A stretch of 64,000 nt of DNA, from contig NC_068997.1 of assembly GCF_001194135.2 (NCBI RefSeq), forward strand, positions 56,602,355 to 56,666,354, written 5' to 3'. Of this stretch, positions 26,560 to 39,224 are shown piece by piece. Origin of the DNA: Octopus bimaculoides. Its lineage: Eukaryota. Numbering within the stretch: the first letter of the stretch is position 1; the number at the start of each line of letters is the position of its first letter. The position numbers and the translations under genes are program-made. Under the pieces are notes generated by a model. It was not told the origin of the DNA, searched no databases, and saw nothing but the letters and a program-made list of their open reading frames with translations.

Positions 26560-26860
26560 CAGCGCATGCCATCAGAGTGGCACTGGGACACAAATATACG
26601 AATGCCTGTATACTCACCAGGCCTCGTGAGGGTTCACCAGGCCTCGTGAGGGTTCACCAGGCCTCGTGAGGGTACACCAGGCGCATGCATCACAACCATA
26701 TGTGCGCACAATGGTGATCTCATATCAAGATCAACAGCGCATGACCGGTGGGGCTCAGAATTTTCTTCAGATCGATTAGCAGCAAAAGGACATGCTCAAC
26801 TGGTTAAGGTCGAGCTACTGACCAGCAAGTCTGTGGAACTGAGAATATTTGTTGTGGCCC
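26560..26860 (+). mobile_element. Retroposon fragment (family D) with internal 20-bp tandem repeat
   Basis: ...GGGTACACCAGGCGCATGCATCACAACCATATGTGCGC...GGTGATCTCATATCAAGA...AGAATTTTCTTCAG is shared with 38490-38575 and 56915-57010. Confidence 0.7.
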
Positions 26861-26864
26861 TATT

Positions 26865-27290
26865 ATTAATTATTATTATTATTATTATTATTCAGTCGCC
26901 TTATTTTATCAAATGAGTCCAACTATGTGCACCTTGGGTATGTGCTGTGGTTTGTTATGGTGTTCGGATTTTCACTGTAAGGAAAGTGCTTCACGTAGGA
27001 TTGGTGAAGTGTCGAGTTGTGCTATTGTTCGTATGTTATATACATTCGTAAATCCTGGTGTTTTGGTTATGTATTTGTTTCAGTATTTTTTAATCATACC
27101 AAATGTACCTATCATTATGGGGATTGTTTGTTTTTAGGCTCCACATCCGGCCTATTTCTGTTTCCAGTTCTTCGTATTTTTTGAGATTCTCCGTTTCTTT
27201 TAGAGATACATTGTCATCTTTGGGGATTGTAGCATCAATTACAAGACATTTTTTCTTCATTATTATTTTTGTTGCAATTGTTGCTGTAGT
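26865..27290 (-). pseudogene. R4/Dong-like LINE 3' end (RLE C-terminus plus (TAA)n tail)
   Basis: KKCLVIDATIPKDDNVSLKETENLKKYEELETEIGRMW...IPIMIGTFG...LDTSPILREAL*, followed by a (TAA)n tail at ~26865-26893. Confidence 0.85.
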
Positions 27291-27309
27291 CGTAGTTGTT
27301 GTTGTTCTT

Positions 27310-27792
27310 ATTATTAATGTAATTCAGCTTTTTGATACAATGATGTAGTCTTTCTTCTCTCTTGCAGCCATGATCGATTCAGTCACTACCAAATGAAGTT
27401 TACTCTGGAGTACTTGCATAAAAGAACGAAAAGAGTGTAAGAAAAACCTATCCAGGATTTCGTTTTACAAAATTCAAAAGTTTAATTTCTCACATATTTT
27501 CTCATTAGAAATGGTCCCCAACACTTGTCCATGAAATCTGTGGGTAGACAACAACAAAGGGTTTTGTTTTACAAACTTTACAAGTTGTAATTGTAAAAGT
27601 TTTAATCCTAAAACAAAACCCTTGATGTTGTCTACCTTCAGGTTTCATGGACAGGTTTTTCCTACAGTCTTTTCGTTCTTTTATGCAAGTACTCCAAAGT
27701 AAACTTCATTTGGTAGTGACTGAATCGATCATGGCTGCAAGAGAGAAGAAAGACTACATCATTGTATTAAAAAGCTGAAATACATTAATAAT
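27310..27792. repeat. Long foldback inverted repeat (~480 bp)
   Basis: 27310-27449 pairs with 27653-27792 (5 mismatches in 140 nt). 27526-27571 pairs with 27609-27653. Inner AAACTTTACAA/TTGTAAAAGTTT closes a ~7-nt loop. Confidence 0.95.
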
Positions 27793-27814
27793 AATAATAA
27801 TAATGAACTGCTCC

Positions 27815-27935
27815 AGATTTGATTATTTTATCAACCCAGCCCTAGGGGGAAATGAAAAACAAAATGAAGGTCAGTACGTAGAACTCAGAAAAGTGGAACA
27901 AAACTCGCAAGACATTTTGTTTGGCGCTCTACCGC
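27815..27935 (-). mobile_element. SINE family C fragment
   Basis: Decayed TATTTTATCAACCC...ATGAAA...GAACTCAGAA...CATTTTG...GGCGCTCTACCGCTTCTG. Confidence 0.55.
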
Positions 27936-28129
27936 TTCTGTATGGATGATAATTGTTGTGTTTATGATAATAGTTTCGAATTTAGGATTTATATGGTGAT
28001 TGATTACTTAATTACTAGTGGCTGTTTTTTAAATTAATTTTTGTAATTGCACTTGTTAGAGTAATAATTATGATTATAATAGGGGCTGGTGTTAATACTG
28101 GACTAATTGGGGATAGCAATTGCAATAAT

Positions 28130-28400
28130 AACCTTCGTCGTCATCATCATCACTCATCATCATCATCATCATTATCGTCATTTATTTTTGTTGACATTGT
28201 TGTTATTTGTTTTATAATCATCATTATCATCAGTATCGACATCATCATCATCGTCGTCATATATTTTTGATGTCATTGTTGCAGTTAATACGATCATTTT
28301 ATTATCCTAATCATCATCATCCTTCATCATCATCACCATCATAACCATCATCATCAATTTTCATCATTATTGCTACCTTCATCATAATTATCACTATAAT
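28130..28400. repeat. (ATC)n-rich trinucleotide low-complexity tract
   Basis: Direct sequence. Confidence 0.85.
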
Positions 28401-29208
28401 TATCATTAATATTTCAAAACATTTCTCAGTGCATTGGCACTGAAAAAAAATTGTGAGAGAGAGAGAGAAAGAGAGAGAGAGAGAAAGAAAGAGAGGAGAG
28501 AAATCGGGAGAGTGGGGGAGAAAATAGAGGAAGAAAGCGAGCAAAAGTGAAATATTATTCTAATTCTTCTCACGTTGATATAATGATACCACCGAACTAA
28601 ATTACACTCGTAGTTAACTGGGTGCTAACATACTTGGCGTAGTTCATCAGGAAATGTTTGTTTATAAACATTATACACCGAGTGAGAAGAAAAAACCTCT
28701 AAGATTTAGCCATGGTTAGATATGTCTCAGGAACGAAGAGGAGATAACCTCGGAATTTAAACTCAAACATAAAGCAAAAGAAAAAATGCAGTGAAAAATT
28801 GACCAGTATTTTAATGTTTCAGCCTAATTATTTCTCGTCAGGATAGTGATATTGTTACTTCCAAACCCGGTGATATCTGTCAGTATGCATTATTTTGTTA
28901 TGTCATAGATTGATAATGATAAATACTTAAAAGTATTTTGCATAATTAAATAATTTATTTAAAATCCCGGGTAAGTAATTTTGTTAACTGTTAATTGATA
29001 CATATCTTTTATGGCATTGATCTCAGCCAGCAATGGAAGTCAAGGAATGCTTGACTCATAGGTGAGTCATTCAAGGGTTCCGTTTGTAACTGTTGGTTTA
29101 AGTTGAGTCCTATTCTACAATACTCCTGAAAAGTGTGTTCTGCCATAGCATCAGTTTGATTATAAAGTGTGTAAGAGTTAGTCGTGTGTTTCTGAGACTG
29201 TGTTGCTG

Positions 29209-29252
<44 letters not shown>

Positions 29253-31326
29253 TGTGTGTTTTCCCCTTATTTTCCAATTCTCTGTATATCTAACGATTTT
29301 TATCAGCTTATAGCTACAAACCTTTGCAACAAAGCCGAAAATAATGGTGCCTCAAAACGGAGTTCTTTGTTTCAGCTATCCTTGCTTCTGTTATCTTAGA
29401 AATACTTTGAACCAGAGATTGGCAGATTAGAAACCGGTGTCCCATAAGGAATGCAAAAACAATATGTTTTAATGCGGGTTGTTGTTGTGAACGTACAGCA
29501 AACACCAGTGAGATGTACGTAGGCACGCCAGGGAGCGTCAGAAAATTTTGCTAATTCTATCGTTGCTATATCACGGAAATATAATTTTTGGCGAAATATA
29601 ATAATGAAAAACAAACAAAAAGGTTGGAGACGTTTTATGATTGGAAACAGAGTCGAGGGTTAATCCTTATTTGAATAGCAAGAACAGCATCGACATCTTA
29701 GATTATACCGAAGCCATCAGGGTAGGCACTCGATGCAAAGTTGACAGTGTGTCATGCATTGAATAGTGTTGACGACAGGCCCGGTTGATTGGTGATAGTC
29801 TAAGGTTAAATAACAATAGCAATATGCACATTGTAATCACAACACCCACAGCAAAACAATTAGAACAACAACAGTAAAAACAACAACCACCACCACCATA
29901 ACAGCAATAAACGCGACAACAACAGCCACAACAAATACTACTAGTGTTACTGCAGAAGCAGCAACAGGAACGTGACTCCAGCAACAACTGCAAGAACAGC
30001 AGAAATAGCGAGTATAAAGTGTGTGGTGTCTAGCATATTAATAGGATGGGAAAACATCAATTCATTGAACAGAATGGAACACGATTCCTTGATTCTTTAT
30101 ATTGATTGAGCAAATCTCAGAAGAATTACAGGAATCAGACAGACATCAACTCCCACTGGGGAAAACAGTAACTTTGATAAGCTAAAAAAAATAACCTCTA
30201 CATGATCTTCTGATATACGAGAAATAGCAGCTATTTCCCCTTTAGATTATATTCATAACCACCAGTAAATGATGGGATACATTGGTTACGTTTTTAATTT
30301 AATCTACAGGAAATGGCAGTACCAATCGTATGTACAGTCCACCTGGAGTTTGCGAGGTTGATGCTTTCGATATTAAAGTATTATTAATCGAAGACTGGAG
30401 GAAACCTATTAGGGGATGGAATATGAGGCGGGTTCAACATTGCTGGGGAGAAGGTTTAACGTAGTCCTAGATATGAAGTGTCTACGGGAAGGAGATTATA
30501 TCATGGATAGAATACGTCTTTGAACGTAGTCTGTTTAATACGTGGTGGTCGCGGTGGCGCTGAGCAACGGCATCATAAATGAGTAACCATAGAGATTCGA
30601 TTGAAAGAATCCAATCATTGACTGGGGTTCACAGATCACCGAAGTCAGTAAGAAGGCTAATCCCTGGCTAGAATTACAGTTTGGTTCTGATGTATAAAAG
30701 CAGATTTTGAAGGCAAAACACTTCGATCTCTCTCGGAATAGAGTTCATGTTTCGTCGTTTCTGGTACCTTGTAACCCAGCACAACTAGTCTTATGGTCGA
30801 ATGGTCGGTAACTTAACTGCTCCATTCTCATCATTTGGTTTACTAGAAAGTTTTGCTGTGGAAAAGGACACTATTGATAATATTGTAGCAGCAGGAATGC
30901 CTTCGGTCATGGGGCCGGTTGTCTTAGGTCTGCCCGGGGCTAAACAACAGCAAATCCTATAATGTAGATATATCTGATGTGATAAGTTTTATGGGTTACT
31001 GCCAGTAATTTGATGTGCTAAATAATGATAATACATACATGCATACATACACCATACATACATACATACATACACGATACATACATACACATATGCAAAT
31101 ATATAAATATATATATGTATAACGTATATATTCATATATGTATGCACATATGAATGTATATATGTGTGTGTGTGTATCTCTATGTATGTATATGTATATA
31201 TGGGGGAGCGAATAAGTGAATGTATGCACGCGTTTTATGTATTTATAAATGTATGTTCGTAGGGTAAATGCACGTATGTATTAATGTATATACGCGTACA
31301 TATAGATATCTACAAATATATGCATG

Positions 31327-31361
<35 letters not shown>

Positions 31362-32419
31362 GTGCGTCTGTGTGTGTGCGTGTCTTTGTGTGTGCGTGCG
31401 TGTGTTTGTGTGTGCGTGCGTGTGTATAAGTATTTGCTCAATCAGAGCGAACCGGTGCGAATCAGACACAAAAAAATAAGCCATGGTAATAAAGTTGGCT
31501 AAGTATCATATAATCACAAATACTAATTTACTAAACACTATTTTTACTAATTATATATAATTGTAACTTCCAATAAGAGATCTTGTAATAAAAGTAAATG
31601 GAGAGTTATGCTTAAAGTGGGGAGGGGGGCATTATACGGAAAGCGTCTGTTTGGTTGTTGTTGATGGTACTAGTGTACTAATAATCAATACTAAGTGACT
31701 ATTGGTGCTTTATGTCAGTGAAATGTAGCTTAACGAACCTTAAATATCTCACATTTTATGGCTAAACTCTCTTTAAATACTGTAAAGTACTGGACGACTT
31801 TCGACCGTTGAGACAGAAATGAAGCCTCCGTGAGTCTGCGGAATTTGCTAGAAATAACAATCATATTAATCAGATATTTCAAATGATGGCTACTTTGGAC
31901 ATTACTGTCCCCAGAACTTCATTTCTCACTTGATACTTATATTGTGCCATGCTTTTGTTAATTATTTTCAGTTCCTCTGTGTAGAAGATAGTTGACACAG
32001 CTATTCTCTCATCCGTCTCGCGTTTGACCCTTTCAACCATTCAGGATGTGAGAGCTGAAAGGAGTGAGAACTACGCCAGAGCTCAGTTGACACTCGTTTC
32101 ACCTGAGTAGCTTTTGCGATGCGATGCTTGGACAACATTGCTAAACCACGATATTCTATTTTAACAGTTCTCTGAAGATTCGAACGTGTATAGCTATCGT
32201 AGGTATTGTCTGTCCTGTGCCGTCCTCGTCTATGTTTGATCCGTAGTGACCATAATAAAGATTTTAGCTATCGTAGACATCATTAATGATTATTATATCA
32301 CAGTATCAATCAAACAGTTAGATGTTGTTGTGAATGGCCACAATGCCCTTCGCTTTGTTTTAGCTTTCGAATGAAAACCATTCTAGCAGGTGGGCGAGCA
32401 GGCCAGCATCCCTCCCGAT

Positions 32420-32580
32420 CAGAAGACAAGTCTATTGCACGGTTTTTCACACACAGCTGAGTGAACTGGGGCAACAGGAAACGAAGTGTTTTGCTCAAGA
32501 ATAAACCACGCCACTCGGACCAGGAATCGACCCTGCGATCTAACAGCCGTGAGTGCAACACTCGTAACCACTAGGCCACT
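32420..32580 (-). mobile_element. SINE family B 5' part
   Basis: CAGCTGAGTGAACTGGGGCAAC...TTGCTCAAGAA...GGAATCGA...AACCACTAGGCCAC. Confidence 0.8.
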
Positions 32581-32859
32581 TACGAAACTTACGAAGATGA
32601 AACTTGCGTAACGTCTATGTAGCTGCTAGAAATAACTACCAACTCCCCTCAGATCCCAGCTACTATCATAAATGGGAGAAGACACATCTGACAATTTAGA
32701 CTCTTTTGTATAGAAATTAAATTTAAATTTATGAGACTACAATCATAAATCGTTTGTTTAAGTTAGTCGTGTGTAAATTCTGGGAGATTTGGTTGCTATT
32801 TCTTGCAAGTTAAAAGGGGGACATTTCTATCCATCCCCTTTTCTCTCTCTCTTACTTAT

Positions 32860-33030
32860 TCTAATTAAATGTTCAATTAGGGAAAAGAACAGCTTTGATG
32901 GTATTTGACAGGAGATCTGTTGGAGTTTAATCCATAAGCAATTATATTTCAGGACTGTAACCATAGCAACAAGTTTGAGCAAAATTAGTTTAATTAAGGA
33001 TATTCATGAAATAATTGGACTGTTTCTTGG
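32860..33030. promoter_or_regulatory. Possible enhancer-like motif cluster
   Basis: CTTTGAT (TCF/LEF) 32893, TGACAG (Meis) 32906, TAATCC (Otx) 32928, GTAACCATAGCAAC (RFX X-box) 32957-32970 and TTAATTAA within ~110 bp of non-repeat sequence. Confidence 0.3.
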
Positions 33031-33339
33031 TCTTTAACTTTTCTTTATGAAAATTCACACAAGTCAACGAGAGAACAATCTAAATCTACCTTCTATTGAA
33101 AACAAAACAAAACAATATAATAACGGTGACACATTGGATGAAATGATTTAGACATAAAGGACAGGATGGTCGTTGCTGGAAAGTCTTTCATCAGTGAACA
33201 TCTATTCTTAAATAACAACAATATTACTCATACTCTGAAAGTATATTATTGTTGTGTATCCTTCTTATACATATAGATCGATAATCGATTCCATGCCTGG
33301 CCATCCCCTCTTATTTTGCAAATACATACATTTTTTTTT

Positions 33340-33510
33340 TAACGCCGGCACAATACTGCAATTTTGAGGGGAGGGGATGAGCCCATTACATAAATCCCAG
33401 TGTCCGACTTGTACTTATTTTAGCGACTCCAACCGGATAAAATGAAAAATCAAAGTGAACTTCGGGGGAATTTGAACTCAGAACGCAATAAGCCGGAAGA
33501 AATGCACCTC
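33340..33510 (-). mobile_element. SINE family C
   Basis: GGCACAA...GAGGGG...CCCAGTG...GTACTTATTTTAGCGAC...GGAATTTGAACTCAGAACGC. Confidence 0.8.
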
Positions 33511-34539
33511 AGTAATACACCCATCCATCAACACATTTATAAACGCCTGCATACAGAGAAGAATAATTAACAGATAATAATTAACAGATAATAACTGGAA
33601 TATAACTGAAAACTTCTGTGGTTCGACTTATTTGTAAATGATTCGCGGGGAAAATGAAACAGAGAATGTGTAGTCTGTGTGTGTGTGTGTGTGTGATTAA
33701 TGTGCTAATGTGTGTGTGTATGTTTGTGTGTGTGTGTGTATGTAAGTAATTACTTATGCAGTAACAAATACATTTCACTACTAAATCAATCAATCCTCCT
33801 CTTCATCATCAGCAGCATAATCAATAACACCACTGCCTCTACCCGGCACCTCCCCCCCCCAATCACTTCTGCCTCCTCTTCTCTATCGCCTGAAGACCAA
33901 GCCAGCTAATACTATTAATTTTCCTACCATTATACCTATTGTCATGTCTACTGTAATTGTATCAACAGTCTATCTCCCTTACAGCTATTCTATCGATGAG
34001 AGGCGGTTGTAGCCTTAGGCAAGCTATTTAACTCTACTTTACTAAGTTTTCTTTTATAATTACCAAATCATTATTTCATCAACAAAACATGAGCACCTGA
34101 GATGAAGTGGTGGACGTCGGGTGGGGCCCTCTTCATGGTGAGTTACTCAGCGATGTTGGGTCAAGAACTTACTTCGCAGTTCTCTTTAGAATTTCTTCTT
34201 CATGTCACAGACAATTTATCAGAAATGATAACATTTGGAAAATACATCTCAGCCACGACCTATCATTACTCTTTATAAGTCTGCAACGTATGTGATTACC
34301 ACCACCTTAACCCCCACCACCACCACTATTACTGCCAATACCACCATCATCGCCATCATCCTTATATATCTACTTTATCCTCTGTTTTACGCACGAAGGT
34401 AGGCTAATTCCAGGGCCTCCCGACACCAGTGAGCTTGATATCTTCAAGCTGAAAGCCAGGCCCAAATACTTGCAACAGAGCGGTCTCTCTTAAAGGCGCC
34501 CAATATGTTAAGTGTTGGTCTTAATCTACGTGACAGGGT

Positions 34540-34800
34540 TAAGTCAACTATCCAAGTAAGCCACGACAGGATTTGAATTCAGAACGCTAAGAGCCAGAAT
34601 AAAGACAAATACAAAAAAAAAATCACCTGGTTCGACGTTCTTACAGAGATCCTAAATCCACCGCCTTCGATTAGAGTGGGTTTTTTTTATCGACACTGTA
34701 AAGATTAAAAGCAAAACATGACCTCGAAAGGTTTTGAACTCAGAGGTCAGAACAAATGTCACGAAGCAGGCAACCTACTGACTCTGCCATTTCGCTCCCT
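34540..34800 (-). mobile_element. Two tandem SINE family C fragments
   Basis: GGATTTGAATTCAGAACGC (~34570) and TTTATCGAC...GACCTCGAAAGGTTTTGAACTCAGAG (~34690-34745). Confidence 0.7.
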
Positions 34801-35389
34801 TCTGGTTCTACGAGAGATTGTCCTCATTTGTTATAGTCATTCAGACATCAATCGAATAAAGTGTCAATCGTTATTGATATGTGCCTGATGAACTTCCGTC
34901 TTCTAACGGCATCATTTCGGTGTAGGTCTATAAAATGTATTCCTACATTAAAAATATAAACCTGTATTAAAAGCATTAACGTCAAAATATCAGTTCTCTC
35001 TCTCACAATCCTCTCTAAATATCTATATTTTCGATGATTAAGTCGTTATTCAAACATTGCCAATAATCAATGATACCAACATATAGGGAAGCAAGACGCT
35101 CAAGCTATTAGAAATAGCGGTCAAATATCTTTCAAAACTCACTACCATCATTCTGGAAAAAACATTCTGTCCTTTAAGGAAGCCAAATATTCAGTAATTC
35201 AGCCCAGTTTTGACAAAAGATTTAACTCGAAAACGTTCTGTTCATTTAAGTATAGCACAAACTACCAAGCTGTGGTAGTATTTTCGGATTTTTTTTTTTT
35301 TTTAACAAAGTCCAACTCACTCACACTAAGCAATATATCTTACAATACTTGCTCAACAATGAGAAGCAAATGGACTGCTAAACCCTTTC

Positions 35390-35930
35390 ATAACGAGTGA
35401 TAGACATCTTTCTTATTTAAATGATTTCGTTAATAAGAACCGCAGAATCTAGAGCACGGGATATTCGTGATCCATTCATGCTTTACGAACTTTATTGCAT
35501 GGTCAGGTGTGAAGCCAAATAGCTTTATTGGTTTTTAGGGGGTTTTTCCACTGAAATGAAGGCGATGCAACAACATTCAGTATGGGGCGGTACAAGACCA
35601 TGATTGAAAATTTTTAGTGCTAATATGTGAAGCATACTTGGGATGTAGTTTCCAATAAGATCCAGCTACACTCCACACAGAAAAGTCCAAGATACCAGTG
35701 TTAAGACATTGTTTTAAAAATAGCGTAATTTCCAAGAATTTATAATTCAGTTGGATTGTACATTCTCCAAATCTGATTGTTTCAGAATATTTCCTGTGGG
35801 GATATTTTAAAGAGCGGGTGTATATCAATAAAGCAAAAACGAAACATCGACTCAAAGTTCGGCTGCTTTCACCCAACGTTTTAAAATCACCACGGAAACA
35901 AAAGATGGAGATTACGAGTTGCTTTTATCA
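35390..35930 (+). pseudogene. Decayed Tc1/mariner-superfamily transposase, catalytic region
   Basis: LNDFVNK..RI*S (~LNGFVNKQNCRIWS), QYGA (~QQDGA), HSPNL..EYFLWGYFKERVYINK (~RSPDL..DFFLWGYLK..VY). Confidence 0.75.
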
Positions 35931-36404
35931 GTCCACTAAACAAATTTCCATTCTTTATACAAGATTTGTAAATAGATTAAGACAACATAGTTATGAAATA
36001 AGGTAGTTATTAACCTTCATCTTTAGGGACGCCCTTTGTCAGTACTTATTTCAATAACCAGATTCGTTTCATGTTCAAGTTTGTTGTTGTTTTAGATGTA
36101 TGTGTGTATAATTATATGGGTGTATTTGTGTAAATATATTCATAATGAGGGAAAAAATTATATGGAAATATTATATCGTATGTTCTCTCACTCATAAGAA
36201 AAAAGACCTCTCATGACAGCAATAAAGCAAAAACAAGAAAATTATAAACCCTGAGCGGTTCTCTCTCAAAGGGAAACTTCACTCTCCCTTCTATTTCTTA
36301 GTAAACACTCTTTCTCTCGCTCTCTTACTCCGAAAGCAACTATAGGTGGCAGCACCAACAGTGGCCAGTCAAATTCCGCCCCACCCTACATGTATATATT
36401 CTTT

Positions 36405-36758
36405 TCCGTTTTTCTTTTATTCTTTTACTTGTTCCAGTCATTTGACTGCAGCCATGCTGGAGCTCCGCATTTAGTCGAGCAAATCTACCACAGAACTATA
36501 TTCTTTATAAGCTTAGTACTTCTATCGGTCTCTTCTTTTGCCGACCCGCTAAGTTACGGGGGCGTAAAAACAGCATTGGTTGTCAAGCGATGGTGATGGG
36601 ACAAACNNNNNNNNNNTTTCCCTCTAACAAATCCACTCACAAAGCTTTGGTCGGCTCGATGCTATAGAAGTCACTTGCCCAAGTTGCTACGCAATGGGGC
36701 TGAGCCCGGAACGATGTGGTTGGTAGGCAAGCTACTTACCACTCAGCCACTCCTGCGC

Positions 36759-36760
<2 letters not shown>
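36405..36760 (-). mobile_element. SINE family A, near full length
   Basis: Head GGCGCAGGAGTGGCTGAGTGGTAAGTAGCTTGCC, body, and 3' end CCAGCATGGCTGCAGTCAAATGACTGGAACAAGTAAAAGAATAAAAGA. A 10-N gap lies inside. Confidence 0.9.
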
Positions 36761-36805
<45 letters not shown>

Positions 36806-36889
36806 AGCCGCAATCGTGAGATTCTAAAGACACACTCTCGACCTTCCCATCCCTTGATCCAACGGAACAACGAAGATTTAACGGTCGGA

Positions 36890-37050
36890 GTGGCAAACAC
36901 TGGCACCAGCAATCGGCCGATCGTAATTCTCAGTTTAGAAGACTGAAGCAACGTGAACTGAAATGCCCAAGAACAGAACTCGTTCCCCGGTCCCCGGAAT
37001 CGAACTCGTGACCTTATGAGAAGGAGCACAACACACTAAGCACTAATCCA
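36890..37050 (-). mobile_element. SINE family B, decayed
   Basis: TGGCACCAG...GACTGAAGCAACGTGAA...CCCAAGAACA...CCGGAATCGAACTCGTGACC. Confidence 0.65.
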
Positions 37051-37807
37051 TTACACACACACACATACGCATGTTATAAAAGTATGTGTGTATACCTATA
37101 TGCATACACAGGAACATATCTATAAACACGCACACATACACACACATATGCATATTTATTTGTTGTATTTCTACTTCTCTCTTCATATATCCTCTCTATT
37201 TTGGTGTTCTGTCCCACACAATTACGAAAGAAATCCCTGAAGCTTTCGAATAAATCAAATTATAATGAAAGAAACAAAAAACAAAACAGCAGAACTTCAA
37301 GCAAGAACCGCAGTTCTTATTTTGATCCCAGTTTTACATTTTATTTTTAAACTTGCTGCCGCCATCCATTAATAAACATTCGCAAATGAAATCGAAAATC
37401 TTGCAGGTTTTCCAAGATAATGACAAATTTGGTAATACCCCAGCCCCCACTCCAAAAAAAAAAAAAAGAAGCTTTAGTATCTAGATTTCCTTCTTATAAA
37501 TACGTGCTGCACCTAATCATAGATTATCACACTCGCTTCCTACCCAAGGTGACGACATTCAAGGATTTCAAATTGTATAAAATAGTTGCTCACTTGGCTT
37601 CCACTAAATAAGGGAACCATTTATAACGATTGGAAAAGAAATACACATATCGTCAAAACTTAAAAATCAACAAAAATCTTTCATCTATTTATTTATTGCC
37701 AGTTTTTTTTAATTTCTGTAGAGAAAAGTTTTAATAAATTAAAAATATTTATTGTACGGTATACAACGCTATAACGCAGTCACCTTAACGTTTATGCTTT
37801 GATGTAG

Positions 37808-37844
<37 letters not shown>

Positions 37845-37862
37845 CTTCTTTATTTTCAATGA

Positions 37863-38207
37863 TTAATACCTAAGACGGAGTGTTACTAAAAGCATTTAGT
37901 AGCACAGCAATCGTTTCGTCTTCATTCTGCACTGCTCCCTCGTGGGCGTTGGATAATGTAATGACACCATGTTCCATGTGTGTCTGAACTGCTGGCATCT
38001 CATCATCAGCGTATAACTTGAAGTGAAAATGGAATGTGAATCTGGTAACGTTTGAATTATGCTACGTCACTTGATGAGGCACCTTTGCAATGTGCGTTGC
38101 ATCTGTTATTACGTCATCCCACGTCAACTAGGAAGCTGTGAAGAATGAAGTCGAAACGATTGTTGTGCTAATGAATGTTTCTCGTTACACTCCATCGTCT
38201 GTATTAA
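37863..38207. mobile_element. MITE, ~345 bp, with ~65-bp imperfect TIRs
   Basis: Left TTAATAC..GACGGAGTGTTAC..AGCACAGCAATCGTTTCGTCTTCATTCT; right AGAATGAAGTCGAAACGATTGTTGTGCT..GTTACACTCCATCGTCTGTATTAA. Both ends are TA/TTAA flanked. Confidence 0.8.
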
Positions 38208-39224
38208 TCATTTAAAATGTACCCTACGCGCACCTCGGAATTCCGGATCCAACGACAAACAGTATCGCTGATGACGCCTGGCAACCGTGAGTGGTGAATG
38301 GGAACTGCAGGTGCACTGCCTGGGACTCATCCTGGAACAAGGTTTGGATGCTGCATTTAATGCCTACGTTCAAAACCTAAAACCACACACACTCGCATAT
38401 ATATGTGTGTATACGTATATCTATATACGCACACGCACAAAGGCATATATATTCTTTGCTTACTATTCTACTTATTATTATTATCATTGAGTGCAGCGTA
38501 TGACATCGGAGCCCAATATACCCATCATGACCACCCGTTTGATAAGGGTACACCAGGCACATGCTTTACAACCGTGTGTGTGTGTGTGTGTGATTCTATG
38601 TTCAAATGTGTAAATAGCAAACAATTTCCCCTTTAAATATATTACGCTAGAAACATCACTATTTTCCTTCGTGAGCTTTTTTTCTTATTAAGGACATTTC
38701 ATAAATTTTTATGAGTCCTTTATGTTTGGCGTAGAATAACAACTTTCCTAAATCCATTAAACTAATGGATTTAGGACTTCCACTATTTAATTTCTAAATT
38801 AATGTCTTGTAATGGTGTGTGAGCAGTCAGTCCGCCCGGTCCTTCTTAGGCCGTAAACCGTCACTAGAATAATTTTATAACTGATAAAATCACCAGCATC
38901 AAATCTAAAATTATAAAATGACAAATCCTGATAGATTACGTGATATTAGGATATATTTTTATGAATTGTATAACTGTGTCGTGAAATAAAATTTGCATTT
39001 TTCCATTAATAAAGCGTTCGTAGTTATTCTCGTTTAGTGTACAATTCTACTTAAAAATTTACTGTTATTAACTAGTGTTTTCTATCCAATTTCATTCTGT
39101 GTACTGTATTAAAAAAATTCAGAAAGTGATGTCTCACCGGACAACAAAGATAACTCCTCAATACAGCTGTACAAACGAAAACTCTACAAGTACTGTTACG
39201 ACAACCATCCTTGCTTATCACATT

